Source: the human T2T-CHM13v2.0 reference genome, Homo sapiens
Strand: one strand, 5' to 3'
Assembly: GCF_009914755.1 (NCBI RefSeq)
Contig: NC_060937.1
Length of the DNA stretch: 64,000 nt
In this document: positions 42,387 to 56,952 of the stretch, one piece after another
Layout of the letters: the number at the start of each line of letters is the position of its first letter
How positions within the stretch are numbered: the first letter of the stretch is position 1
Notes under the pieces: generated by a model
Told to the model about the DNA's origin: nothing
The model's input: only the letters and a program-made list of their open reading frames with translations
The model's database searches: none
Program-made: the position numbers and the translations under genes

Positions 42387-42633
42387 GGGGCTCACTGTTA
42401 TTATGTTTTACTCCTAAATAGTTTCTTTTCTTGCTCTTTCCTTGCAGTTCTAATTGCCTTGCTCTTTCCTTGTAGTGCTCTTTCCTTGCAGAGGAAGCAT
42501 AAACACAAGAGTTGAAAACATAGTGGGACTTTATGATAGCTGGGCAAATTTGGGAAAAAACTTTCCCCCTGAGTTCAGAACTCTTATTTTTTCCCACCAG
42601 TCAATTCTTATCTAGAGTGTTCCGTAACGCTGG

Positions 42634-42915
42634 TGTATTAGTTTCTTAGGACTGCCATAACAGAGTATCACAAACAAAATTGCTTGAAACAATAGAATCT
42701 TGTTGTCTCACAGTTCTGGAAGTGAAAACTCTGAAATCAAGCGTCAGCAATGTCATGCTGTCTCAGAAACCCATGGAGGAATCCTCGCTTACCTCTTCCC
42801 AGCTTCTGGTAATGTCTGTCAATCTTTGACATTCTTTTTACACTACATAATTCTAATTTCTGCCTTCATCTAAACATAGTATACTCCCTATATATCTCTG
42901 TCTTCTCATGACCAT
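42634..42915 (-). mobile_element. MLT1 (C/D-like) MaLR LTR, partial
   Basis: tgtattagtttcttaggactgccataaca...tctcacagttctgga...cctcttcccagcttctggt. Confidence 0.8.
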
Positions 42916-43289
42916 TTGCAGAGAGAGAGAGTAGTGAATGTGACAACTGTTTCTACTTAACTAATTTTGAGTTACTATGAGGATAAACTGAAAACTAATT
43001 TAAAGTGTTCCCAAAGTGTTTAGCATACAATAACAAGATGTCTATAAATATTACCTCTATAAATGTTGTCATTACCTCCAGTATCTGTGATATTGAGTTT
43101 GTGTGGTTATGATCATTTTTATCATTTATTTGTTTAGTTAGTTCATTCAGGGGATTGTTACATATAGATTCACTCAGGTGGGTTGGAAACACTACATTTA
43201 TTCAAATAAAACCATGGCCTAGCATAAAATATCATTGATGACTCAATAGAAGGATAAATGTTTGCTATATTGTTAATTGTTCAATTAAT

Positions 43290-43720
43290 TTCACAAAAAT
43301 TATTTAGCACCTTGTGTTCATTGATGCTATTCATTTACTCTTTCTGCAGACAAATGTTTGCCACCTGCTTTGTGTCAGCAACCCTGTTGGGTGCTAAGAA
43401 ATAAAGTCAGCACCTCTTCCTTCAAGGGACTCTCTATCTGGTGGTATTCCAGATAGATTGATTGATACATGAGTAATACATACTTATTGATAAATAAGTG
43501 AATCAATAATTATTACATAGAGGGGGCCACATCTAAATAGAGGGCTTTGAGGTAGAGATATTGTACATGCCTAAACGTTCTAAAGGCATGTTTGAGATAA
43601 ATAAATATAAAACAAGAGAAGCATGAAGAGTCAAGCAGGATTTTTTAAAATATGGAAGATATTTTCTGACATTTATAGACTTTGGAGGCAAAAAGCAAGA
43701 ATAAAGACTACTTTGCAGTT
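43290..43720 (-). mobile_element. L2 fragment(s)
   Basis: aaatgtttg..acctgctttgtgtcagcaaccctgttgggtgct...cttcaagggactc. Confidence 0.5.
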
Positions 43721-45288
43721 GTAATGGTGATTGAAGAAAGTTTATGGAGCCAAATAATGCAGCAGATGGAAAGGTGTAAAATCTGATACACAAAAGGACA
43801 GGTTGATTTTAAAAAAGAAAAAAGATATCTCGTTCTCTATGATAGATGGGAGTATAGATACATTTGTAAAGTTGGGGTAAAATTTGAATTAGTTCAGGTA
43901 GTGATGATTTAAGTTTTCTTCAAAGGCAATTTTCTATGATGAGGCTAGGAAGAAATTTGAATAGAAGTCTTGAGAAAAAATTTTAAGTTTTGGAATAATT
44001 TTTGAGGAAGTAGAAAGAAAACTGTTTAAGGAAAATCAATGATTATTGAGAAATATTAAATCCCCAAGGTGAGTTGACAACTACACTTTTATTTTAAGGC
44101 AAATCTGTGTATTTAAGCGAATTTCTGAGAAGTGTTCAGACAAATCTGTGTATTTGGAATAATTTCTTTAGAAGTATTTGGGAGCTGAGGCATGGTAATA
44201 TTAAAATCCTAAGATTAGTAAGTCATATTATATACATTTATATTCTTAGCTTCTTAAAAATTTTTGCTGCTGAATAATTTTTGTTGTTTTTTTATTGTTG
44301 TTAATATAAAGTTGAAATCTAATTTGTTTTTTCATTTGCTTCTGCTCCAGTCACCCATAAGCCATTCATTTAGTTAGAAATTCTCAAAGAAACTTTTAAC
44401 CTGCAGGGGTTCTTTCTGTCATTGTTCAAATGACATCCATTATGATCCACCGTCACTGTGTTCAGTATGTGTTGGAGAACTCTTACCTCTAGATATCCTC
44501 TCCTCACTTTGCCTCAATCATCTATTGAGAATGTGTGAATAAGAAAGTATTTATCAATATGTCATGAATGTAAAATGATACAAGCAAGGGGCCCTTTTGT
44601 TCAGTGAAGCCTCTACCAATTGGCATTGTGATTAGTACATTTTTATCATTAGTTCCATACTTTTAGTCCATTCGTACAATTCAAATACAGAAAAAAATGA
44701 CTTCAAGTAAATGTTAACAGATGCTTTTACCTTTGTTTGTTCATGTGTGTGTGTGTTTTTGGATCTTTCCCCAAGAGCATATATTTACAGTAAGGAAAGG
44801 TGAATGAAGCCCTGATAGCTGTACCAGAGACTGGGAGGAGAGTAGAGAAGTGAATGAGAACAGAGAAAGCTGTTCTTAGAGACTTTCATTATAACTGCCA
44901 AAGCTGTAATCTGCTGCTTCTTCTGATAGCCATATCTCTAGTCAGTGGCTGCTCACAAAAGTAAAACAATTCAATTTGAGGTTTGGGGAAGATCAATTAT
45001 AAATTAAGTCTGGAATCTGAATTTGTTAGAAGAAATATTGAAGCATGTGACAGTAACTGGAGGTGGCAGTAGTGTGAGTATAAAAGGGTATTAGTGCTGT
45101 CAGAGCATGTTTAGACATTGGGAAATATAGGTCAGCAGCTTAGAAAGGCACTAAGTTGGAGACAAGTTTGGAAAATATTTACATAAAGATAATCTCTGTC
45201 ATTCAGGTTATGGACTCATGTGTTGTTTACCACTGGAGGGAGTGGAGTACCAAAAAAAAAAAAAAAGCCATTTAACATAGTGATTGAG

Positions 45289-45588
<300 letters not shown>

Positions 45589-45589
45589 A

Positions 45590-45870
45590 ACATAGTGATT
45601 GAGAACTCTGGCCTTAGACTCTGATTGATTCGATGTCAAATTACCATTTCAGGAAGTTATATTTAACCCTGAACAAGATACACAACATATCTTACCCTTG
45701 GTGTGAGCATTAACATAGAGATAATAACTATACTTATTTCAGGGAGTTTCCGTTGAGGATTATATGGGATAATACATGTAACATGTTTAGCAGATACCTG
45801 TCTGACATTTACTGTGTGCTCAATAGGTGTTAGTTAATGTTATTATTAATGTTATTATTAATGTTATCAT
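45590..45870 (+). mobile_element. MIR SINE
   Basis: gaggattatatgggataatacatgtaa...gtgctcaataggtgttag; tail expanded to (taatgttattat)n. Confidence 0.7.
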
Positions 45871-47239
45871 TATTACTTTATGTAATAATGTATCTCCATC
45901 GGGTACAGAGAATACTTGATAAAAATATGAGAGGAAATTTAATGATTCTTTTAAAAAATATGCTAGAGTCACAAGTCAGCACCTAGTGAATGCTAGTATA
46001 TTCACAGCATATCCAAAATTCAGTTCAATGAAAATGGAAATCCAACCTCAGTGTGTAACAACTTTCAATCTCCAAAATCAATTTTTGTGAGTATGGAGTG
46101 ATAATCTTTTACCCATGTTTTTCAGAATGAGAGCTTTACACGAGGGTTGTCTAATAGTTAAATCTATTTAAAAAGATATTTCTGTAAACATGCTAAAGTG
46201 CTTCCTGTCTCTGATTAGTTCTTGCTGAATGACATGGCATTGCACAGTGTGAGTGCCTGAAACTTAAAATACAGGAAACTCTAGATCATTCTTAATAAAT
46301 AAATCATGTGTGTTCCTGCCATCAATTCTGCTAACGCTTTTGTAGAAGCCAAAGCTAGTGTTGTGGTAAACTATCAATAATTAGGACCAACCAGGTCAGC
46401 TGTTTAGTGCCTTGATGTGACAGCAATATCTGTTCCTGTATATTTTTCTTTATTTTAGAACACTGAAACACATTTTATTAAAAAAATTAGTTCCTAGAAT
46501 GTATTCATTCTTGTAACCATTGTTTTTTCTATGCGGCAATAAAACATCCATAAAAAGTAAACTACTTTTGAATAGCAAAGATAATCCTGTTGTTTTAGGC
46601 ATTAAATTTTCTAATTACTTAGTAATATTTGATTGAATGCCTTGTATTGAAAACGTCATTACTTGCCATACTTCTTGGCTGTACCTACAACACTAGTAGG
46701 AAAAGGTGAAATCAGCTGAAAACAATAAAAAATTAAAAAGAAAAAAATTTTGATTCTTTATATTTTCAAAAAGAATGCAGTGGTCAACTCCATTCTGGGA
46801 GATAAATAGGTTATTATTAAGGAATGGACAAATCAAGCATATAATTAGCAGTTTAAATTCATTTAATATAAATTTACATTAACTTAAAAAACATAAATCT
46901 CATATATGCACTTAGTAATAGTTTCCCTTAAAGAAATGTAAAATAGTAACTAAATACAAAATTGGAGTGCTTTCACTTTAAAATCACTTTAAGTGCCTAT
47001 TCTTATTCTCCTCAAAGTGATAAGTTTGCTAAGTGTCTGTTTTAGTTTTGATTTCCACCAAAATACTTTTTCATTTAGCAAGTATCTATACATTTTTGGA
47101 AAATTTGGCTTTGATACAAATGTTATTCACATAACAATTCAATAAATATAGCTATGAAGTAAGCACTACACTTTTTATGGGCATACTTGGCTAAATAATC
47201 ATGTGATCTTTATCCTAAAGAAATTTTTATTAAACTGGG

Positions 47240-47760
47240 TAAAACAGTTAAGTGAATACATTTTTTACAATATAGTGTGATAATAGCTATGATAAAGGCA
47301 TTTATGGGATTCCAGGTGAGCATAGAATGGGGCAATAAAATCGTGTAGAGTGGCGATAAAAGTATAGTTAGAATAGAGATTTTAAGAAGAGAATAATAGG
47401 ATATTATACTAGAGTGTTAGGTAGGCACCTGATTACAAATTGCCTTGTTGGTTAAATTAAAGAGCTTGAATTTTAACTAGAAAACTAAAGAAAATGCATT
47501 ATATAATTTTAATTAGAAGTAATATGCAAACAGAAATGCACTTTTGAAAGTTTACTCCCATCCTGGGACATGAGAATGAGATCGGAAGGCAAGAGATCAG
47601 TTAGGAGGTTGCTGCTATAGGTTAAGTGTGGATTTCTGGGCTTATATTGTAGTTTATAGTGATAACAAATACATGGAGGAGTTGATATGTTTGACAGATC
47701 TTTAAAGTATAAATTCATAAATCCTTGGTAAGATGGGTGATGAGGAAGAGAGAAAATATA
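47240..47760 (-). mobile_element. L2 fragment
   Basis: ggaaggcaagagatcagttaggaggttgctg; aagagcttgaatttta. Confidence 0.55.
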
Positions 47761-47798
47761 TTAGCACACCTTAATTTTCCCCAAATTGTTCTTCCTTA

Positions 47799-48161
<363 letters not shown>

Positions 48162-48260
48162 CTATGTTTAAATGAAGTTGTAGATAATACTCAATATTTG
48201 AGTATGTATGTATTTATTTACATGACTTTTAGTGCAAATATTATAAATGGTTAAGAACCC

Positions 48261-48732
48261 TGTATTATTTTCCTGTGGCTGCTTCAAAAATTACCACATA
48301 CTTGGTGAATTAAAACAACAGAAATTTATTCTTTTATAGCTCTGGAGTCAGGAATTATGAAATCAGTATCAGTGGGCTGGAATTGAGGTGTCAGAAGGGC
48401 CATGCTCCCTCTTAAGGAGCTAAGGGAGAATTCAGTTCTTGCCTCTTCCAGCTTCTGAATGCTGCTGTTATTTATTAGTTTCTGCCTACATTACTTCAAT
48501 CTTGAAAGCCAACCATCTTAAAATCTGTCTTCACTTTGCATTCACATTACCTCCTCTTCATGGGTAATATGTTTCCCTGCCTTTCTTCATAAGGACACTT
48601 GTGATTGCATTTAGGACCCACCTGACATCCCAGAATAATCTCCCCATCTGAAGATATTTAAAGGTTTCAGGGATTAGGACATAATATTTATTTTGGCAGT
48701 GGTTGGGGAGAAAGCATTAACCACTAACTAAA
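48261..48732 (-). mobile_element. MLT1 (C/D-like) MaLR LTR
   Basis: tgtattattttcctgtggctgc...taaaacaacagaaatttattc...aaggacacttgtgattgcatttagg. Confidence 0.85.
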
Positions 48733-48847
48733 ATGCCTGTTGTTATATAGTTAAAAGAGTAAAACATCTAGACTAGCTATATTTCTTTGTGTCAAACATC
48801 AAGTATGCACTGATAGGATTTGAAAAGAAAGAGCTTGAATTTTGTGG

Positions 48848-49127
48848 AATGCTGTATGAGTCCACTTATGAAAAGCCCTAGAAGAAGCAAATTCATAGAG
48901 ACAGAAAGTAGAATAGAGGTTTTCAAAGGTCAGGGGAAAGAGGATACGGAGAGTTATAATTTATTGGGTACAGAGTTTCTGTTTGAAATGGTGAAAATGA
49001 TTTGGAAATGGATGGTGTTTATGGTTGCACAACATTGTGAAAGTACATTTGCCATTGAATTATACACTTAAAAATGGTTTAAATTATAAATTTCATGTTA
49101 TTTATATTTTACCACAATTTTTAAAAA
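48848..49127 (+). mobile_element. L1MB-type 3' end
   Basis: caaattcatagagacagaaagtagaatagagg...ggttgcacaacattgtga...cacttaaaaatggtt. Confidence 0.85.
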
Positions 49128-50003
49128 GCTTGTAGAAAAATTATGTTTTGCCTTGTTAAGAAAAAGCTGACCCAAATGTCAGAACACAGAGACACAGACT
49201 TAAGATAAAAAATGACTCAACTTTTTCTCTGCCCTTTGATTAAATCTATAACGCCATCAACATTACCCCAAATGGATATTTTGAGAGTTGATTTTGTGTA
49301 AGAAATCGTGGATGCAAGACGGAAACAACTGCCAAACAGTAAGGCAAAAAAATATGAGTAGAGACAAAAACAAAACAAAACAAAACAAAACAAAACAAAA
49401 CAGAACTGACACCATCTTCTGCTCCAAGTAAGATTACAAAACAAATTTCAAAAACCTGAAAAAAAATGTGATGTTAAAAAAGCGAAGGCAATCAATTGGA
49501 TGACATTAAAAATATAGAATGAACTGAGAAAAAATAGTTTAAAATACGTATGTGTAGAGGGTGTATACTTCTGGCCATGAAATAGTAATGGGTGCTGTGT
49601 TTGCATTTTCTTTTAAAAGAATAAGAGAAAAAAATATGATACACTGATTTTTCAGACTTAGGATAACAAGCCAAAAAACGAATAATTGTTGAAGGGAAAT
49701 AATTGGGATAGGTACCCCAACATTTTGCTGAGGATGGTTTTCAGGATGCAATACAGGCAGGGAAAATCAAGCAGGCCTGTCTGTTCCTTGGAGGTAAAGA
49801 TCAGAATTTGGAGAGATCAAACTGATAGAATTTTGGGGGCAGCATAGTTGGGGCGGTGGGGGGAAACGAGCTACATCAACAAGGCTTCAAAGATCTCCAG
49901 AAAGTACCTCTTGAATTTTTGGCTACATAGTAATCTACAAATATTAGTAAGAACTATCCAAGGCCAAAGGGAAGAATGACAATAACAAAAATGCTTCATG
50001 TAA

Positions 50004-50278
50004 GGCTGGACGCAGTGGCTCACACCTGTAATCCCACAACGTTGGGAGGCCAAAGCGGGCAGATCACTTGAGTCCAAGAGTTCAGGACCAGCCTGGGCAA
50101 CATGGTGAAACCCTGTCTCGACCAAAAATACAAAAATTAGCCGGACATGGTGACGCATGCCTGTACTTCCAGCTACTTGTGGGGCTGAGGTGGGAGAATA
50201 GCTTGAGGCCGGGAGTTTGCAGTGAGCCTGGGAGACAGAGCGAGACTCTTTCTGAAAAAAAAAAAAAGAAAAAAAAAG
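50004..50278 (+). mobile_element. AluJ-like with right-arm deletion
   Basis: gcagtgagc joined directly to ctgggagacagagcg; poly-A. Confidence 0.9.
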
Positions 50279-50501
50279 AGAAGGAAAGGAGAGAAAGAGA
50301 GAAAGGAAAGAAGACCCCATGTAAAACAGTACACCCAACAGTCCCTCTCATAATGCATTTGGATATTTGGATATTAGGTAAAGTCCTCAGAAGTATATCA
50401 CATTAGTTATTCAGGAAAAATCAAGCCAGAAGACAATGGAGCATTATCTTTGAAATACTGAAAGGGGAGGAAAAACCTGTTATTTTGTTTGTTTAAGTTC
50501 T

Positions 50502-50800
50502 TATTTATTTTTTATTTTTTATTTTTTTGAGATGGAGTCTCGCTCTGTCACCAGGATGAGGATGGAGTGCAGTGGCACGATCTCAGCTCACTGCAACTCC
50601 GCTTCCCAGGTTCAAGCGATTCTCCTGCCTCAGCCTCCTGAGTAGCTGGGACTACAGGCATGCCACCACGCCCAGCTAATTTTTGTACTTTTAGTAGAAA
50701 CAGGGTTTCACCATGTTGGCCAGGATGGTCTCAATCTCTTGACCTCATGATCCGCCTGCCTTGGCCTCCCAAAGTGCTGGGATTACAGGCATGAGCCACC
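50502..50800 (-). mobile_element. AluSc-like
   Basis: aggatggtctcaatctcttgacctcatgatcc; first ~10 nt missing; no TSD evident. Confidence 0.9.
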
Positions 50801-51686
50801 AAAATTGAAAAAATAAAAAATTAAAAGTGAAATAGTTTCCTGACAACAAAAGAAAATTAATCATCAGCAGGCCTATGCTAATATGTTTATAAATTTGTCA
50901 GGCAAGAAGTAAATAATACCACATAAAAATGTGGAGCTAAAAATAAGAATGAAAGCTCCTTTCTTTCCTCCGAGAAAGCTAAATACTTGGGTAAGATACA
51001 AGAAAACTCAGAGTAAATTAATCATACTGTAAGCAGAAGTCAGGAAAAAAATAAAGATAACAACAGAAATAAATGAAAAGGGAATACTGAAAAAAAGAGA
51101 AAAATTAATGAAAACTAAATCTGATTCTCTGAGTAAATAAGTACAATTAATAAACCTATATTCAGAATAGTTGGAACAAAAAAAGATGACACAAATTACC
51201 AATGTCTAAAATAGAAGAGACCTCACAGGTATTAAAAAATACTAAGAGAATATTATAAACAGCTTTTAGTCAATAAATCTTACAACTTTCAAGAAATAGA
51301 TAAATTCCTTGAAAGAAGTAAACTACCAAATGCCACACAAAAAGAGATAAATAATATAAATAGTACCTTGTCTATTAAATAAATAGAATTCATAATAGAA
51401 TCCTTTCAACCTAAAATACTCCAGAATTTTAGGAGTATTTTAGGCTTCACTTGTGGCTTCACTTGTGAATTCGTCCAAATATTTAAAGCACCAATTCTAC
51501 AAAATTCTTCCAGAAAATAGAAATGATGAGAACACTCTGTATTTTTATGAGGACAGCATTGCTCTAATACCAAAATCAGACAAACCCATTCCATGAAAAA
51601 AAAATTGTCCAATATTTCTAATGAATGTAAACATAGAAATCTTTTTAAAAATGTAAGAAAATCAAACCCATAAATAAATAACATAT

Positions 51687-52512
51687 TGTGGTAGGCAGAA
51701 TATTGAATCTCCAAAGATGCCAATGTAATAATCTCTGGGATCTATGAATATGTTACCTTGCATAGAAAAAGAGATACGATTAGGCTGAAATTTTTTTTTT
51801 TTTTTTTTTTTTTTTGATGTAGTCTTGCTCTATCGCCCAGGCCGGAGTACAGTGGCATGATCTTAGCTCTGCTTCCTGGGTTCAAGTGATTCTCCTGCCT
51901 CAGCCTCCCAAGTAGCTGGGATTATAGGCGTGCACCACTATGCCCAGCTAATTTTTTGTATTTTTAGTAGAGACAGGGTTTCATCATGCTGGCCAGGCTG
52001 GTCTCAAACTCCTGACCTCATGATCTGCCCACCACGGCCTCCCAAAGTGCTGAGATTACAGGCATGAGCCACCACGCCTGTCCTAGGCTGAAGATTTTTA
52101 AATGGAGAGATTATCTTGGATTATTTGATTGAGACCAATGTAATCAGAAGGGTTCTTAAAGGGGGAAGAAAGAGATAGGAAAGAGAGAGAGATGGGAGCA
52201 AGGAGAGAGAGTCAGAGAGAGAGAGACAGAGAGAGCTGACTAAAGAATTGTCAGAGAGATGCAAAGTTGTTGGCTTTGAAGATGGAAAATAGAGATCATG
52301 AGCCAAGGCATGTGAGTGGCCTCTTAAAGTTACGAAGGGCGAGGAAATGAATTTACTCTTTGAGCCTCCAGAAAGGAACACAGCCATGCCATCACCTTGA
52401 ATTTAGCCTAGTGAAGCTGAGGTTGAACTCCTAACCAATAGACAAATTTGGATTGTTTTAAGCCATTAAGTTTGTGGTACATTTTAATAGGAGCAATAGA
52501 ACAAATGATATA
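51687..52512 (+). mobile_element. MLT1D-like MaLR LTR interrupted by an Alu
   Basis: tgtggtaggcagaat start; tggctttgaagatgga; gagcctccagaaaggaacacagcc; ttttaagcca.taagtttgtggta end. Confidence 0.87.
51791..52083 (-). mobile_element. AluS (Sg-like)
   Basis: Antisense Alu with long poly-T; TSD taggctgaa. Confidence 0.93.
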
Positions 52513-52736
52513 GATTTTTACAAATTATGTTCAAGTAGCATATGTGCCAGAAATATAATGTTGGCTCAACATTCAAAAATCAATCAATGTAGTTTATCAT
52601 ATTTACAGACTAAAAGCAACAACAGCGGCAACAATACATGTAATCATCTCAATTATTATGGAAAAAGCATTTAATAAATTCTAACCCACTGAAAATGAAA
52701 GTTCTGGGCAGAAATAAATCAATTAAAGGGGATTGA

Positions 52737-52943
52737 ACATCAGCAATGTGGCAGAATAGGGCTTTCTAGAACTTTTCTTTCTGTAGAAATATCGATTTGA
52801 ACAACTATCCATGCAACTATCTTGCATGGATAGTTGTTCAAATGGATATTTCTGCAGAAGGAATAAAGAAAATGCAAGAAAATACTTTCACAAGAGCTAA
52901 GAAAGCCAGGTGAGAGATTATAGCACCTAGGTGTTGCACAGAA

Positions 52944-52982
<39 letters not shown>

Positions 52983-55900
52983 AAAGGGTGGGAAAGACAG
53001 TTTCACACTATCTGTGTCACCGCTCCTCCAACCCCATGCAGCACAGCATGGAGACAGATACCTTTCATGTGGGGGAAGGAAAGGAATGTGAGTACAGGAC
53101 TTGGCCTTGAATCACAACACTTAGCTCACCCCGGTAAAACCCAGCACCAGCCAAGCCTCTACAGTCCCGGACTCTAGGCCAGTGACCATGACCTGGCCCT
53201 CCATGGTGCCAAGCAGGATCCCCAAGCCTCAGGCTCCAGGCCTGCCTGGGGGATTGGGTCTCCAGGCCCCCTCCACCAGCAGAAATACAATGGAAAAGAT
53301 AAACAAAGCTAAGAGCTTGTTTTTAAAAATACATATAAACAAAATTAACAAACATCTAGTTAAACTTACTTTTAAAAGGAGAAGAATCAAATAAACAACA
53401 GAAATAAAAGGGGAGTCATTATAACTGAAATAACAGAAATACAAAGTTCATAAGAGATTACTATGAGCAATTATATGCCAACAAATTGGATAACCTAGAA
53501 GAAATAAGTAAATTCCTAGCCACATACAACCTATCAAGACTAAATCATGAAGAAATAGAAAACCTAAATAGACCATACTAAGTAAGGAGGTTTAATCAGT
53601 AATGAAATGTCTCCCATAAAAAAACAAACAAACAAAAAACAAAGATCTTATGGCTTCATTGACAAATTGTACTAAAAATGTACAGAAGAAGTAATAACCA
53701 TGCTCAAATGCTTCCTAAAAATTGAAAAAAATATCAGAATAATTTAAAGAGGTCAGCATTTCTCTGATACCAAAGCCAGACAAGGACACTGTAAGAAAAG
53801 AAAATTACAGACCAATATCCCTGATGAACATAGATGCAAAAATCCTCAACAATACACTACTAAACTGAATTCAACAGCACATTAAAAAAGGTTGCTCACC
53901 TTGATCAAGTGGGATTCATCCCATGGATGAGAAGATGGTTTAACATACGCAAATCTATAAATGTGATACACCACATCAATAGAATAAAGGGCAAAAAAAT
54001 TATTATTCCAACAGATGAAGAAAAAGCATTTGACAAAATTCAACATCCTTTCATAATAAAAACTCTCAACAAATTACATGCAGAAGGAAAGTCCTTCAAC
54101 ATGATAAAGGCCACAGATGACAAATTCACAGCTAACTTCATGCTCAACAGTGAAAACTTGAAAGCATTTCCCTAAGATCAGGAAGAAGACAAGGAAGACC
54201 ACTGTCACCACTTCCATTCAACATAGTAGCAGAAGTCCTAGCCAGAGCAATTACCAAGAGAAGATATAAAAGGCATCCAAATTGGAAAGAAGTAAGTTAA
54301 ATTGTCCTTATTTGTAGACTATGTGATCTTATATGTAGAAGATTCTAAAGACTCCACCAAAAAACTCTTAGGAGTAGTAAACAAATTATATAACGTTGCA
54401 AAATACAAAATCAACATAATAAAAAATCAGTAATGTTTCTACACACTAATGACAAATCACTTGAAAAAAATCAAGAGAATAATCCCATTCACAATAGCTA
54501 CAAAAAATTACTAAGGAGTAAATTTAAGCAGGGAGTTGAAAGACCTGTGCCTTGAGAACACCCATGAAAAAAATTGAAGAAGAAATAAATAAATGAAAAA
54601 AATTCTATGTTCATGGATCAAAAGAATTAATATTGCTAAAATGTCCATGCTTTCAAAGTGATCTACAGGTTCAATGCAATCTCTATCAAAATTCCAATGA
54701 CGTTTTTCACAGAAATAGATTAAACCATTCTAAGATTTGTATGAAAACACAAAGGACCTCTAGGGGCCAAGAAAATCTTGAGTAAAATGAACAAAGTTGG
54801 AGCTATCATGCTACCCAGCTTCAGGAAGTAATACAAGCTATAGTAATCAAACCAATATAATACTGGCATAAAAGCAAAAACATAGATAAATGGAACAGAC
54901 TAGAAAGCCCAGAAATAAAACCATACATTTATGGTCAATTGAGTTTTGATAAAGCTTCCAAGAACTCCCAATGGGGAAAGGACAGCCTCTTCAATAAATG
55001 TTGTTATCCACATGAAAAAAATAAAATAAATTTGGATCCTCATCTGAAGTAAGAACTGAAATTATAAAACTACTTAATGAAAACATAGAGAAAAACTTCA
55101 TGGCATTGGTCTGGCAAATAATTTTTTAGATATGATCCCAGAAGTATAGACAACAAAAGCAAAAATAGACAAATGAGATTATTTCAAACTAAAAATTTTC
55201 CACACAGCCAAAGCAACAATCAATAGAGTGAATCACATTGCCTTAACCTACAAAATGGGAGAAAATATTTCTAAAGCATACATCTTATAAGGAGTTATTA
55301 TTCAAAATATATAAGGAGCTCAACTTAATAAGAAAACAACCCAATTAAAAATGGGCAAATAATCTTAATAGATACTTCTCAAAAAAAGACATACGAGTGG
55401 CAAACAAGTGCTCAGTAGCACATCAGTGAAAACGTGCTCAATATCACTTATTATCAGAGAAATGCAAATTAAACCCCAATTAGGTAGCGTCTCACACCTG
55501 CTAGAATGGCTATTATTAAAAAGATGAACTATAATGTGTTGTTGAGGATGCTGAGAAACAGGAACCTTTGTACACTGTTAGTGGGAGTGTAAATTAGTAC
55601 AGTCATTATGGAAAACACTATAGAGATTTTTTAAAAATTAAAAATAGAACTACCATATGATCCAACAATCTCACAACTGGGTATATATTCAAAAGACATG
55701 AAATCAGTATATCAAAGAGATGTCTGCACTCCTATGTTCACTGAAGCATTATTCACAGTTGCCAAGATTTGAAATCAATCTGAGTGTCCATCTGTTGATG
55801 AATGAATTTTTAAAATGTGCTATATATCCGTAATGGAATACTCTTCAGCCATCAAGAAAAGGAAATCTGTCATTTGCTATAATATAGATGAACCTGAGGG

Positions 55901-56330
55901 ACATTATATTAAGTAAAATAAGGCAGGTACAGAAAGACAAATATCACAGGATCTCACTTATTATGTGGAATCCAAAAATGTTGAACTCATAGAAGTAGAG
56001 AGTAGAATGGTGGTTACCAGGGGCTGAGGTGGGGTATGTTTGAGGAGATTTGGTCAAATGATACAAGTTTTCAGTAAGATAGGAGGAATAAAATTAATAG
56101 ATCTATTGTATTACATGGTGACTATAATTAATAATGAAGTATTTTGTTCTTGAAAATTGCTGAGAGTAGATTTTAAGTATTGTCCTAATAAAATGATAAC
56201 TATGTGAGGTAATGTATATATTAATTAGCTTAATACAGTCATTCCATCATGTATACATATTTCACAACATCATGTTGTACATGATAAATATATACAATTT
56301 TATCAAATTTAGAAATAAATTCATTTTTTA
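52737..56330 (+). mobile_element. L1MA (MA6-8-like): 5'UTR, large internal deletion, decayed ORF2, 3'UTR
   Basis: 5'UTR-like to ~53280, then ORF2; ORF 53909-54175 [26 protein letters not shown]...[11 protein letters not shown] is L1 RT; L1MA 3'UTR. Confidence 0.9.
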
Positions 56331-56911
56331 AAAGGAATGGGAGTTTTGTCAATTCAATAATGCACATCTACTAAAAATCTGCTGGTACACTTGGTAAAAT
56401 ATTGAATTCTTTAAGCTCAAGGTTGATACATAAGGCAAGAATGTTCTCTCTCACAACTTCTAATCAACATTGCACTATTGCCATTGCCAGTGCAAAAATA
56501 CCAGGGATTAAAGCAAAATATCATATACTTTGGAAATGAAAGGATAAAATTGCCTTTATTCACAAATGACATAGTTATCTATACAGAAAATCCTAAGGAA
56601 TTTCTTACAGATCTAATAAGTGAGTGTGTAACAAGCCAGGGAATATAGGTCAAATGTAGGAAATGGAATCAAATTACCATATATTGATGATGAATAATTG
56701 GAAATTAAAATAAAAAAATTTTTAAAAATTAAAAATGGCTAACATATTGGAAGTAAGAGATGTAATCACTGAAAATTCTCATTTGAAAAGTATGTATTTC
56801 AGAAAAAATGAACCATTTACAAATGAAGACACCATAAAAATTAAAAAGTAAGAAATAAGTTAAAACTGATTTTAATATCTGATGAGATAAATATCTAGAA
56901 TATATTCAGTT

Positions 56912-56944
<33 letters not shown>

Positions 56945-56952
56945 CACACACA
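56912..56952. repeat. (CA)n microsatellite
   Basis: Seen directly. Confidence 0.95.

Noticed and set aside
41918-42597. Overlapping 96-191 aa ORFs
   Set aside because: Produced by the stop-free (TTTC)n repeat inside MLT2
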